Assembly: GCF_003428155.1 (NCBI RefSeq)
Contig: NZ_QLIR01000011.1
Location: 35,396 to 67,395, forward strand
Length of the DNA stretch: 32,000 bases
Source of the DNA: Fastidiosibacter lacustris
GTDB taxonomy: Bacteria; Pseudomonadota; Gammaproteobacteria; Francisellales; Francisellaceae
Reading direction: 5' to 3'
The notes under the pieces are model-generated. The model did not search any database, was not told where the DNA came from, and saw only the letters and a program-made list of their open reading frames with translations. The position numbers and the translations under genes were made by a program. Shown piece after piece: positions 22,671 through 30,845 of this stretch (positions within the stretch are counted from its first letter, which is position 1; every line of letters begins with the position of its first letter).

Positions 22671-24197
22671 TTAGCTGTCCTCACCACTGTAGCTTAAGTT
22701 AAAAGATTTATTAATAAGTGGAAAATCAGCAACGATATTATTCATAACAGCATGACTTAATGCAGGCCAGTTTTGCCATGAAGGATCGTGGAAATGGCAC
22801 CATGAAACTTTAGTATCATGAAGTTGGACTGCAATACATATAGGGCCTCTCCAACTCTCTACGCACATAATACTGATCTTTTCTGTTGAGGATTGATCTA
22901 TGTCAAGTGCTTGTGTACAGTTATTGAATCCTAATTGCAAAAATTGTTCAATCATATCAATGCTTTGTAAGCATTCACGAAAACGCACATATACGCGTGC
23001 AGCGACATCACCTGTTTCTGCCGTTATAGGTGTAAAATCAATTTCAGAATAAGGATAAAGTGTGCAGGATGCCCTGGCATCGATAGCAATGCCAGATGCC
23101 TTTGCGATTATACCTAAAACACCTAAAGATTGAGCAAGAGTATGCGTTAAAATACCGGTTGTTTTCAAGCGATCTTGAAGTCCATGGTGATCATGATAAA
23201 TCTGCTCTAATTGGAACAACTGCTTTTTTACATCATTAAGGTGGTTGAGTAAATCATGTACTATAGATTTATCCCACATAGTCATATACTGTTGTGGGGA
23301 GATGGCATCCATCATATATCGATGATGTGTTAGCAGTTTATTCTCACGTACAAGTTTTTCTTTTAAGATGGAGAATTGCATTGCTAAGCTGATAAAACCG
23401 GTGTCGTTAATAATAGCACCAATATCACCGATGTGGTTAATCAAGCGTTCGCGTTCAAGTAAAATAGCACGTATACATTTTGTTTTAGCATCTATTTCAA
23501 AGCCAAGCTGCTTCTCACAAGCAAGTGCAAAAGCATAAGCATAAGCTACAGTAGTGTCACCACTTACTCTTCCAAGTAAAGAAGCTGCTTCTGACATGCT
23601 TTTATTGATAAGTAAAGAATGAATGCCTTTATGTGTGTATCCCAATCGATCTTCTAGTTTTAAAATTCGCTCACCAACGATAGAAAAACGAAAGTGTCCA
23701 GGTTCGATAATTCCTGCATGCACAGGACCTACTGGAATTTCATGGACTCCTTCTCCTGAGACTTTGTTAAAAACATAATGTAATTTGGCAAAGCGACTTG
23801 ATTTGCTGTAGGGATTTAAAATTCCCATTTTGAAATGACCATGATTTAGCCATGCACGTTTATCTTTTGCTTTTTTTGTTGGAATTTTGGTTAAATCGTG
23901 GATAGCTCTGTGTAATCTCTCATTTATAGGAAAGGCTTCACTTAAATCAATAAGCATTGGTCGTTTTGGATTTAGTCGAGACACAATGCAGAGCCAGTAG
24001 GCTTGATAATAATACAATACATACCAGTTCGTTTCATTTGAAGAGGAGTCAAAAGCAATCCATTCTGTAAGCAAAAGACCATTTTGAGATTTAATTTCTT
24101 TAGCAAGAGGATATTGTAACCTAATATCAACAGATAAATATTGATAAGCCTTGATGTTATTAAAGTGTAAAAGATCATTCAGCATTGTTTTATTCAT
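22671..24197 (-). CDS. HyfG/HycE-like (NuoC+NuoD type) large subunit lacking NiFe ligands
   Basis: 508 aa; N-terminal NuoC-like region, then GPVHAGIIEPGHFRFSIVGERILKLEDRLGYTHKGI; the expected RxCGxC site reads GRVSGDTTV and there is no C-terminal DPCxxC. Confidence 0.88.
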   Translation of the reverse strand: MNKTMLNDLLHFNNIKAYQYLSVDIRLQYPLAKEIKSQNGLLLTEWIAFDSSSNETNWYVLYYYQAYWLCIVSRLNPKRPMLIDLSEAFPINERLHRAIHDLTKIPTKKAKDKRAWLNHGHFKMGILNPYSKSSRFAKLHYVFNKVSGEGVHEIPVGPVHAGIIEPGHFRFSIVGERILKLEDRLGYTHKGIHSLLINKSMSEAASLLGRVSGDTTVAYAYAFALACEKQLGFEIDAKTKCIRAILLERERLINHIGDIGAIINDTGFISLAMQFSILKEKLVRENKLLTHHRYMMDAISPQQYMTMWDKSIVHDLLNHLNDVKKQLFQLEQIYHDHHGLQDRLKTTGILTHTLAQSLGVLGIIAKASGIAIDARASCTLYPYSEIDFTPITAETGDVAARVYVRFRECLQSIDMIEQFLQLGFNNCTQALDIDQSSTEKISIMCVESWRGPICIAVQLHDTKVSWCHFHDPSWQNWPALSHAVMNNIVADFPLINKSFNLSYSGEDS

Positions 24198-25654
24198 GAC
24201 TTTCCACCTATGATGGAATATATAGCAGAATCAAGTAAGAAAATAGGCATATAAAGTCCTGCTATGATAACCAATATCAAATGAGCTCCCACTGTCCAGT
24301 AAATATGTTTTGTATTTTTTAAATGAGTGATGGGAGTGTTTAATTGTCCAAAAAACAATGGCTGAGTTTTTAATAGTATGGCTAAAAATGCGAGTATCAG
24401 TCCTACGACAAGCAAAATCATAAGACCAATATTAGCCTCCATTGCTGCTAGAATCAGTAGTAATTCACTTATAAACAATCCCGATGGTGGTAAACCAAGA
24501 ATAGCCAAAAAAGAGATTAAAAATAAACTTGCGGTTATAGGAGATTTTTCAAATAATGCACGAATTTTTTGTAGTACTTGAGTATGAAATTGCTGAATTA
24601 CTGTACCAGATATTAAGAGCAAAGCAGTTTTAACTAAGGCATGTATCCAGATGTGTAGTATCGCTGTAAGTAATGCAAGCCTGTTGCCAATTCCAATTGC
24701 AATGCTGATAAGTCCCATGTGTTCAATTGAAGAGTATGCTAACAAGCGATTAAGTGTTCGTTGGCGAAATAGTGATAGGGCTGCAAAAAATAAGCTGATA
24801 AAGCCAAAGGTTAAGAAAAGGTAACAAGGAAAATTAATTAAGCCTGCGTTGGCAAATAATAGCTTAAACTTGAGCAAGGCAAATAACGCTAAATTAAGCA
24901 AAGCGCCTGATGATAAGGCATTTACCATTGGGTATCCTTCGGCATAGGCATCTGGCAACCAATTGTGTAATGGGACGAATCCGACTTTAGTACCATAACC
25001 AACAAAAAGAAATACAAAGCTGATGCTTAATAATTTGGCAGGAATTTGAGAGATATTTGTCATTAATTTTGTCCATAGTAAGCCTTCTTCTCCCAGACCA
25101 TGAGTATAAGCACCAAAATATAAAATCACAGTACCAAGTAGTGCAAACCCAATACCTACGCCGCATAAAATCAAATATTTCCATGAAGCTTCTAGCGCTT
25201 GTGGGGTTTGTCTTAATCCGACTAATGCAATACTGGAGATAGTAGCAAGTTCCATGGCAATCCACATCATGCCGATATTATTACTGAGTAATACAATCAG
25301 CATGCCTAGCAAGAACAATTGGTAAGTCGTATGATAAAAGCGATAAACTAAAGGATGTAAATGTGTTTTATTTTCATTATCCAGATAGCTAATGCTATAA
25401 AAACTTGTGCTCATTCCAATAAAGCTGCTAAGTATAATAAAAAGGACATTCAGTTTGTCACACATAAACCAGTCTTTGAAAAAAAATAGTGCTGTATCTT
25501 CAACATATATTACATAGCCTAAAATAATGCTTATGATAAAGCTTAAACTGCATAATATAGCATTTACATGAGTCGCATATTTCCTGTTTTCTATCCAAGG
25601 CAATAGGACTAAAGCAATAACAGAAGGCAAGAGTAATAGCGTAATCAAGTTCAT
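24194..25654 (-). CDS. HyfF-like antiporter-type proton-translocating membrane subunit
   Basis: 486 aa polytopic protein; IGMMWIAMELATISSIALVG, GYGTKVGFVPLHNWLPDAYAEG; ATGA overlap with the downstream gene. Confidence 0.88.
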   Translation of the reverse strand: MNLITLLLLPSVIALVLLPWIENRKYATHVNAILCSLSFIISIILGYVIYVEDTALFFFKDWFMCDKLNVLFIILSSFIGMSTSFYSISYLDNENKTHLHPLVYRFYHTTYQLFLLGMLIVLLSNNIGMMWIAMELATISSIALVGLRQTPQALEASWKYLILCGVGIGFALLGTVILYFGAYTHGLGEEGLLWTKLMTNISQIPAKLLSISFVFLFVGYGTKVGFVPLHNWLPDAYAEGYPMVNALSSGALLNLALFALLKFKLLFANAGLINFPCYLFLTFGFISLFFAALSLFRQRTLNRLLAYSSIEHMGLISIAIGIGNRLALLTAILHIWIHALVKTALLLISGTVIQQFHTQVLQKIRALFEKSPITASLFLISFLAILGLPPSGLFISELLLILAAMEANIGLMILLVVGLILAFLAILLKTQPLFFGQLNTPITHLKNTKHIYWTVGAHLILVIIAGLYMPIFLLDSAIYSIIGGKS

Positions 25655-26304
25655 ATACGCTCCTTTAGTTTCTCAAATAACTGAACTTGGAAGGAACCAT
25701 GCTCTTGCTGTATTCGGATTAAGAATAGTGTGAAAATCATAAAACCCATAAGGATATCAAAACTCATCCCAAGTTCGATTAGCCAAGGGAATCCTGTGCT
25801 TATCGCTGCGGCTAGAATAAAGATACTGTTTTCTAATACTAATAGACCCATTACTTGAGTGACAGTTTTTCTTCTAAAAGTAATGATTAATACAGCTACA
25901 AATGCATTGGCAAGTCCAAGTGAAAATCCTGAAATGTAGCGATGAAGCATACTGTTGACCAACTGCTGTCCTAAAATTAATGCCAAGAGAATAAGCGCAG
26001 ATGCTAGTAACAGTAGACTAGGCTTATTCAGTATTGGTTCAATACGTCCGGAAAGGTGTAAAAATTGAACTAATTTCCATAGTAAAAATGGTAAAAGAAT
26101 AACTTTGATGCCAATGGTAATAATTAAAGAAATAAATACTTCCATGCTTGGTGCATAGATCGTTTCTGTGAGTATGTAACTACTTAAAAGCACATTCTGA
26201 ATAATTAAAAGTTTGATTACATTCGTAATGTAAGATTGGATTAACATTAAACTACTACATAGTAGCATTGAACTTATCAAAAAAAGCAACCAACTATGAA
26301 TCAT
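25651..26304 (-). CDS. HyfE-like membrane subunit
   Basis: 217 aa hydrophobic protein between hyfF-like and hyfC-like genes; VTQVMGLLVLENSIFILAAAISTGFPWLIELGMSFDIL. Confidence 0.85.
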   Translation of the reverse strand: MIHSWLLFLISSMLLCSSLMLIQSYITNVIKLLIIQNVLLSSYILTETIYAPSMEVFISLIITIGIKVILLPFLLWKLVQFLHLSGRIEPILNKPSLLLLASALILLALILGQQLVNSMLHRYISGFSLGLANAFVAVLIITFRRKTVTQVMGLLVLENSIFILAAAISTGFPWLIELGMSFDILMGFMIFTLFLIRIQQEHGSFQVQLFEKLKERI

Positions 26305-27263
26305 GCTGTTGTTCCTATTAATTGTGTTAAAAGAATACCCAGAAAAGCAAGGAAAAGTGCTAAACCAAGGTACTCTGGTATTCTAAATATACGCACCTTA
26401 GTTTGTAGTGTTTCTGTAATTGCAAGTAGTGCCAATAATATAATAAGTTTGACTAAGGTTGTGATGAATCCAACTGTAATGGATAATAACGAAGTTTCTA
26501 CCGCTAAACCAAAAGGAAAAAACAAATTGATAAAGATCAATAAAAATAATTCCAACTTTAACGCATTACTCCATTCTATAGCGGCTAAATATCTCCCTGA
26601 ATATTCTAGTACCATTGCTTCATGTATCATGGTCAACTCTAAATGTGTGCTTGGATTATCAAAAGGAAATCGGGAGTTTTCAGCAAGCAAAATGATAGTA
26701 AATGCGCACAAAGAGAAAGCAAGGCTAGGGTACAGCATACTATGTTGGATCAAGCTAAAACTGATATGACCAAGCGTTAACCCATGTGTTATCAAGCCAA
26801 GGTTCAATAATACAAGCAGCAATATAGGTTCAACCAAGCAGGCAATAAACATCTCTCGTCTTGCGCCTAGTGAGCCAAACGCTGATCCAATATCCATGGC
26901 AGCAAGTATCATGCTTATTCGAGCGAGTGCTAATATACCAACTAAAACAATGACGTCTATGATCGATGTAAACAAGCCACGATAGAATATAAAAGGAGTG
27001 CTAAAAGCAAGTATACTTAAAGCACAAAAGTAGATAAAAGGAGTGTATTTAAATAGCCAGGATGCATTGTAAGGCAATATGGGTTCTTTGATTAAGAGCT
27101 TATAAAATACAAAATAAGGTTGAAACAGGGAAGAAGCGGTGCGATTTTGCAGCCAACATTTAAATACTTGTAGAAAACCTATTAGTAAAGGAGAAATTAC
27201 AATAATGAGTATACCTTGTAAAGCAAGTAGCAAAATTGTGGTTATTTCTGTGGTCATATCCAT
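26301..27263 (-). CDS. HyfC/HycD-like (NuoH family) membrane subunit
   Basis: 320 aa; AAMDIGSAFGSLGARREMFIACLVEP, AENSRFPFDNPSTHLELTMIHEAMVLEYSGR. Confidence 0.92.
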   Translation of the reverse strand: MDMTTEITTILLLALQGILIIVISPLLIGFLQVFKCWLQNRTASSLFQPYFVFYKLLIKEPILPYNASWLFKYTPFIYFCALSILAFSTPFIFYRGLFTSIIDVIVLVGILALARISMILAAMDIGSAFGSLGARREMFIACLVEPILLLVLLNLGLITHGLTLGHISFSLIQHSMLYPSLAFSLCAFTIILLAENSRFPFDNPSTHLELTMIHEAMVLEYSGRYLAAIEWSNALKLELFLLIFINLFFPFGLAVETSLLSITVGFITTLVKLIILLALLAITETLQTKVRIFRIPEYLGLALFLAFLGILLTQLIGTTA

Positions 27264-29191
27264 AATACCAAGATGAGTAAAACAAGTAGCGTTAAGCCAA
27301 CGTAGGTCAAATAAACAGAAATTTTTCCTTGTTGAATCCAGCGTGTTATAAAAACAATCTTCCAGATAGCTTGTGTTATGGGTTTATAAAAAAAAGGCCA
27401 TATTTTTTCGGAAATATAAACAAAATAGTGAGGTTTATCACCATTGATATTGGATATATTAATTTTTACTTGAATCAATTTAGAGAAAATCTGTTTAAAT
27501 GGTTGGGAAAACCCCTCAGCAGAATCTTGCATACGTGAGTTAATGGAATCAAAGCCACATCCCCAGGTGGCATCTCTACGGAAGTGCTTATGGATCAAGG
27601 GGAAAATAAGTAACAAGCTTAAAATCATGATAAATGCTAACAGTAATGGAGCAAAATAATTACTGTTTGCCAAGGTTGAATGTGGAAATGAAATAGTGAA
27701 ACTACCCTTCCAAACAAGAGTGAATTTATCGGATATTGAGTTAATTACTTTTTGAATCATAGAGATAAATGGTGCAGGGTATAAACCAATTACGATCGTC
27801 CATATTGTAAGCCACAGTAGAGACACTCGCTCTAACAAATTGGCTGGTTTAGCATGTATTAGTTGAGACTCTCTGGGTTGACCTAAAAATGCAATGCCAA
27901 AAAACTTTACAGCGACAAAACCTGCTAAGGCAAATACCAACATACTTGTGGCAGCAATGACAATAGATAGTACAGCAAAGTTGAAATGCTCGAATGTTTG
28001 CTGTTTGAAAAAAAGCTGTAAATAAAGCCATTCGGAAATAAATCCACTGAATAATGGTAAGCCTGCCATTGCTAAGCAACCTGTCAATGCGCAAGCACTC
28101 ACCCATGGCATTTTTTGAATAAGCCCACCTAATTTTCCAATATTGCGTTCACCTGTTGCATGTAAAATTGAACCTGTGCAGAGAAAAAGTAAAGATTTAA
28201 ATAGGCTATGGCTTAAGCTATGCAATAAAACAATCAGCAAAGCGACGTTAGATAGCGTGTATTGTTGATATTGATAAAAAACAATAGCAAAACCTAGATT
28301 TAATACAATAAATCCCAAATTCTCTATGGAAGAATAGGCCAATAGTCGTTTCATATCGCTTTGTAGTGCAGCATGGAGGACGCCAATGAGCATGCTAAGT
28401 AATCCAATTGCAATAAATAAAAAACCCCACCATGATTGTTGCCATGGGAGGAGCCAGTAGAAACTAAAGCGAATGAGTCCATAAATCGCCGTTTTTAACA
28501 TAACACCGCTCATCAATGCAGAAATTGGGCTAGGAGCGGCAGGATGTGCTTCTGGTAACCAAATGTGCAATGGAAAAAGACCTGCCTTTGCACCAAATCC
28601 AATTAACATAAGAGTAAATACTAAATTAGCTAGAGGTAGGGCAAAATCACTGTGGTTTAATAGAAAAAAAGCGCTACTGATGCATAAAAAGCCAATATGT
28701 GCAATGCCTAAATATAAAAAACCTGCTTGTCGGACAACTTTAGCTGTGTTGCCGCATACTACTAGAAAATAAGAACTTAAACTCATTATCTCCCAAGCAA
28801 ATAGAAAGGTAAATGTGTTACTTGCACTCAATACCATAAGCATCCCAAGGACGAAAAAAGGGTAAGCTATATGAATAACTCTTTGATGTTTTAAGCTAAA
28901 GTGTCGGAAATAAGCTTGCCCAAACCCCGAAATAGCAACTGTTGACAGTCCTAACAAAAGCACAAAAAAGCGTGATAATTCATCTAGTTGAAATAAGAAA
29001 GTTAGATTTTCAGGTAGCAATGTAATTTCAAATGTTATGCTTATTAATTTCACGTAAAAAATAGCACTCATTATAATCAGTAAAGCGGCAATGATGGTTG
29101 CGTATCTAAAATGACTAAAAAAGCGACTCGGAAGCACAAATGAAAGGCATCCTAGCACAAGCCAAATGAATAATATTATATGTAATATCAT
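27254..29191 (-). CDS. HyfB-like antiporter-type membrane subunit
   Basis: 645 aa polytopic protein; LFAWEIMSLSSYFLVV, GAKAGLFPLHIWLPEAHPAAPSPISALMSGVMLKTAIYGLIRF, AYSSIENLGFI. Confidence 0.92.
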   Translation of the reverse strand: MILHIILFIWLVLGCLSFVLPSRFFSHFRYATIIAALLIIMSAIFYVKLISITFEITLLPENLTFLFQLDELSRFFVLLLGLSTVAISGFGQAYFRHFSLKHQRVIHIAYPFFVLGMLMVLSASNTFTFLFAWEIMSLSSYFLVVCGNTAKVVRQAGFLYLGIAHIGFLCISSAFFLLNHSDFALPLANLVFTLMLIGFGAKAGLFPLHIWLPEAHPAAPSPISALMSGVMLKTAIYGLIRFSFYWLLPWQQSWWGFLFIAIGLLSMLIGVLHAALQSDMKRLLAYSSIENLGFIVLNLGFAIVFYQYQQYTLSNVALLIVLLHSLSHSLFKSLLFLCTGSILHATGERNIGKLGGLIQKMPWVSACALTGCLAMAGLPLFSGFISEWLYLQLFFKQQTFEHFNFAVLSIVIAATSMLVFALAGFVAVKFFGIAFLGQPRESQLIHAKPANLLERVSLLWLTIWTIVIGLYPAPFISMIQKVINSISDKFTLVWKGSFTISFPHSTLANSNYFAPLLLAFIMILSLLLIFPLIHKHFRRDATWGCGFDSINSRMQDSAEGFSQPFKQIFSKLIQVKINISNINGDKPHYFVYISEKIWPFFYKPITQAIWKIVFITRWIQQGKISVYLTYVGLTLLVLLILVLWI

Positions 29192-29225
29192 TTATGATAT
29201 GAGAAGACCTTAAACACACCGAGGT

Positions 29226-29254
29226 ATTATAAGGTAAGCAGGTTTATTTGTATA
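29226..29254 (-). promoter_or_regulatory. Candidate sigma70-like promoter for the hyf-like operon
   Basis: Minus strand TATACA (29254-29249), 17 bp spacer, TATAAT (29231-29226); start codon of the first gene at 29191. Confidence 0.45.
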
Positions 29255-29286
29255 TTGAAAGTTAATTGAATTTCCCTAGAGCATTG

Positions 29287-30447
29287 CTAAATATGTACTG
29301 TGGATGATAATGTTTCCGCTTTATCAGTCTTTTCCCAGGTAAAATCAATATCCTCTCGACCAAAGTGACCGTAACTTGCAGTTTTTTGGTAAATTGGACG
29401 CAATAAATCTAATTGATGGGTAATTGCATAAGGGCGAAGATCAAAATGCTTAAGTATAAGTTCTTCTATCACATAATCATCCACCTTACCTGTACCAAAA
29501 GTATTAACCATAATAGAAGTAGGCTGTGCAACGCCAATAGCATATGAAACTTGGATTTCACATTTATCGGCCAAACGACTAGCCACAATATTTTTAGCGA
29601 TATATCGTCCCATATAGGCGGCAGAACGATCGACTTTGGAAGGATCCTTCCCAGAAAAAGCGCCTCCTCCATGGTGTGCTGCGCCTCCATAGCTATCAAC
29701 GATAATTTTACGTCCTGTTAAGCCACAATCACCAACAGGTCCTCCAATCACAAATTTTCCAGTAGGATTAATAAGATATTTGGTTTTAGCTGTAATCCAT
29801 TCTTTAGGTAAAATAGGTAGAATAATTTCTTCAATAACGGCTTCTTTAATAGCACTTTGTCCTATATCTGCTGCATGTTGGGTAGAGATAACAACTGTAT
29901 CTACAGCAATTGGTTTACCATCGATATAACGCAATGTGACTTGGCTCTTAGCATCAGGACGAAGCCAAGAGAGGGTTTTGTTTTTGCGCAAAAATGCTTG
30001 TCGTTGCATAAGCTTGTGCGCGTAATAAATTGCTGCAGGCATTAAAGTTGGTGTTTCGTTAGTAGCAAAGCCAAACATAAGTCCTTGATCACCTGCACCT
30101 TGATCAAGTGGATTTTGGCGATCCACACCTTGTGCGATTTCAGGAGATTGTTTGCCAATAGCATTGATAACCGCACAATCATTACCATCAAAGCCAAGCT
30201 CGTCTTTGTCATAGCCAATACCTACGACAACTTTGCGTACGATATCTTCGATATCAACCCAAGCAGAAGTTGTAATCTCGCCAGCAACTAATACCATTCC
30301 AGTTTTAACAAGCGTTTCACATGCAACACGAGCATGTTTGTCTTGCGCTAAAATAGCATCAAGAATTGCATCTGAAATCTGATCAGCAATTTTGTCTGGA
30401 TGACCTTCAGAGACAGACTCAGAGGTGAATAAAAAATCATTTGCCAT
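29287..30447 (-). CDS. metK: S-adenosylmethionine synthase
   Basis: [72 protein letters not shown]. Confidence 0.98.
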   Translation of the reverse strand: MANDFLFTSESVSEGHPDKIADQISDAILDAILAQDKHARVACETLVKTGMVLVAGEITTSAWVDIEDIVRKVVVGIGYDKDELGFDGNDCAVINAIGKQSPEIAQGVDRQNPLDQGAGDQGLMFGFATNETPTLMPAAIYYAHKLMQRQAFLRKNKTLSWLRPDAKSQVTLRYIDGKPIAVDTVVISTQHAADIGQSAIKEAVIEEIILPILPKEWITAKTKYLINPTGKFVIGGPVGDCGLTGRKIIVDSYGGAAHHGGGAFSGKDPSKVDRSAAYMGRYIAKNIVASRLADKCEIQVSYAIGVAQPTSIMVNTFGTGKVDDYVIEELILKHFDLRPYAITHQLDLLRPIYQKTASYGHFGREDIDFTWEKTDKAETLSSTVHI

Positions 30448-30646
30448 ATTTGTATCCCTTTACTTTGTATTTTATAACAAGCTAAAAGGCTTCTATAAAA
30501 GGAGAATGAAAGTATAGAAACGCTTTAGCGGTGTTATTTTTTTGTCGCCCGCAAGTTGTTGTTAAATCAGCGACAGTGCGCAATATGTTAAGTTGATGTC
30601 AATAAGCTGTCAAATGTTTTTCTTCTCATTTGCCAAATATGGGTTG

Positions 30647-30772
30647 TTAATCTGTAATCTGCAGCGTTTGACTAAGTATTTCTGTAATCGTTTTATAAGC
30701 TGCCGAAATTGATTGCCTCTTGTAGCACACGTAAAAAGTGCTTATCAAAATCACAAGGGCAATCAGTAGCAT
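30647..30772 (-). CDS. Possible 41 aa small single-TM protein
   Basis: ATG ORF MLLIALVILISTFYVCYKRQSISAAYKTITEILSQTLQITD*: hydrophobic N-terminal helix, short polar tail; no obvious Shine-Dalgarno. Confidence 0.2.
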   Translation of the reverse strand: MLLIALVILISTFYVCYKRQSISAAYKTITEILSQTLQITD

Positions 30773-30845
30773 GACTAAATATTTAGAACCAGTCCCTAGT
30801 CAATGAGAAGGCACCCCTTTTTAGAAAGGGATGTAAATGCCTAGA

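Noticed and set aside
26296-26769. 157 aa plus-strand ORF over the hyfC-like gene
   Set aside because: Lies antisense to a clear NuoH-family gene; polar shadow of a hydrophobic protein, with no independent support.
22147-29191. Annotating this cluster as functional hydrogenase-4 or formate hydrogenlyase
   Set aside because: The large subunit lacks both NiFe cysteine motifs, and HyfA/HyfH/FdhF-type partners are absent from the window.
22147-29191. Reading it as a partial respiratory complex I (nuo) operon
   Set aside because: Subunit set and order (HyfB/C/E/F with fused NuoC-D-like HyfG) match the group 4 hydrogenase family; no NuoE/F/G/A/J/K genes.
30815-30830. CCCTTT-TTAG-AAAGGG hairpin after the LRR gene as a terminator
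   Set aside because: A stem is present but it is short and AT-rich, with no clear T tract on the minus strand; not confident enough to list as a feature.
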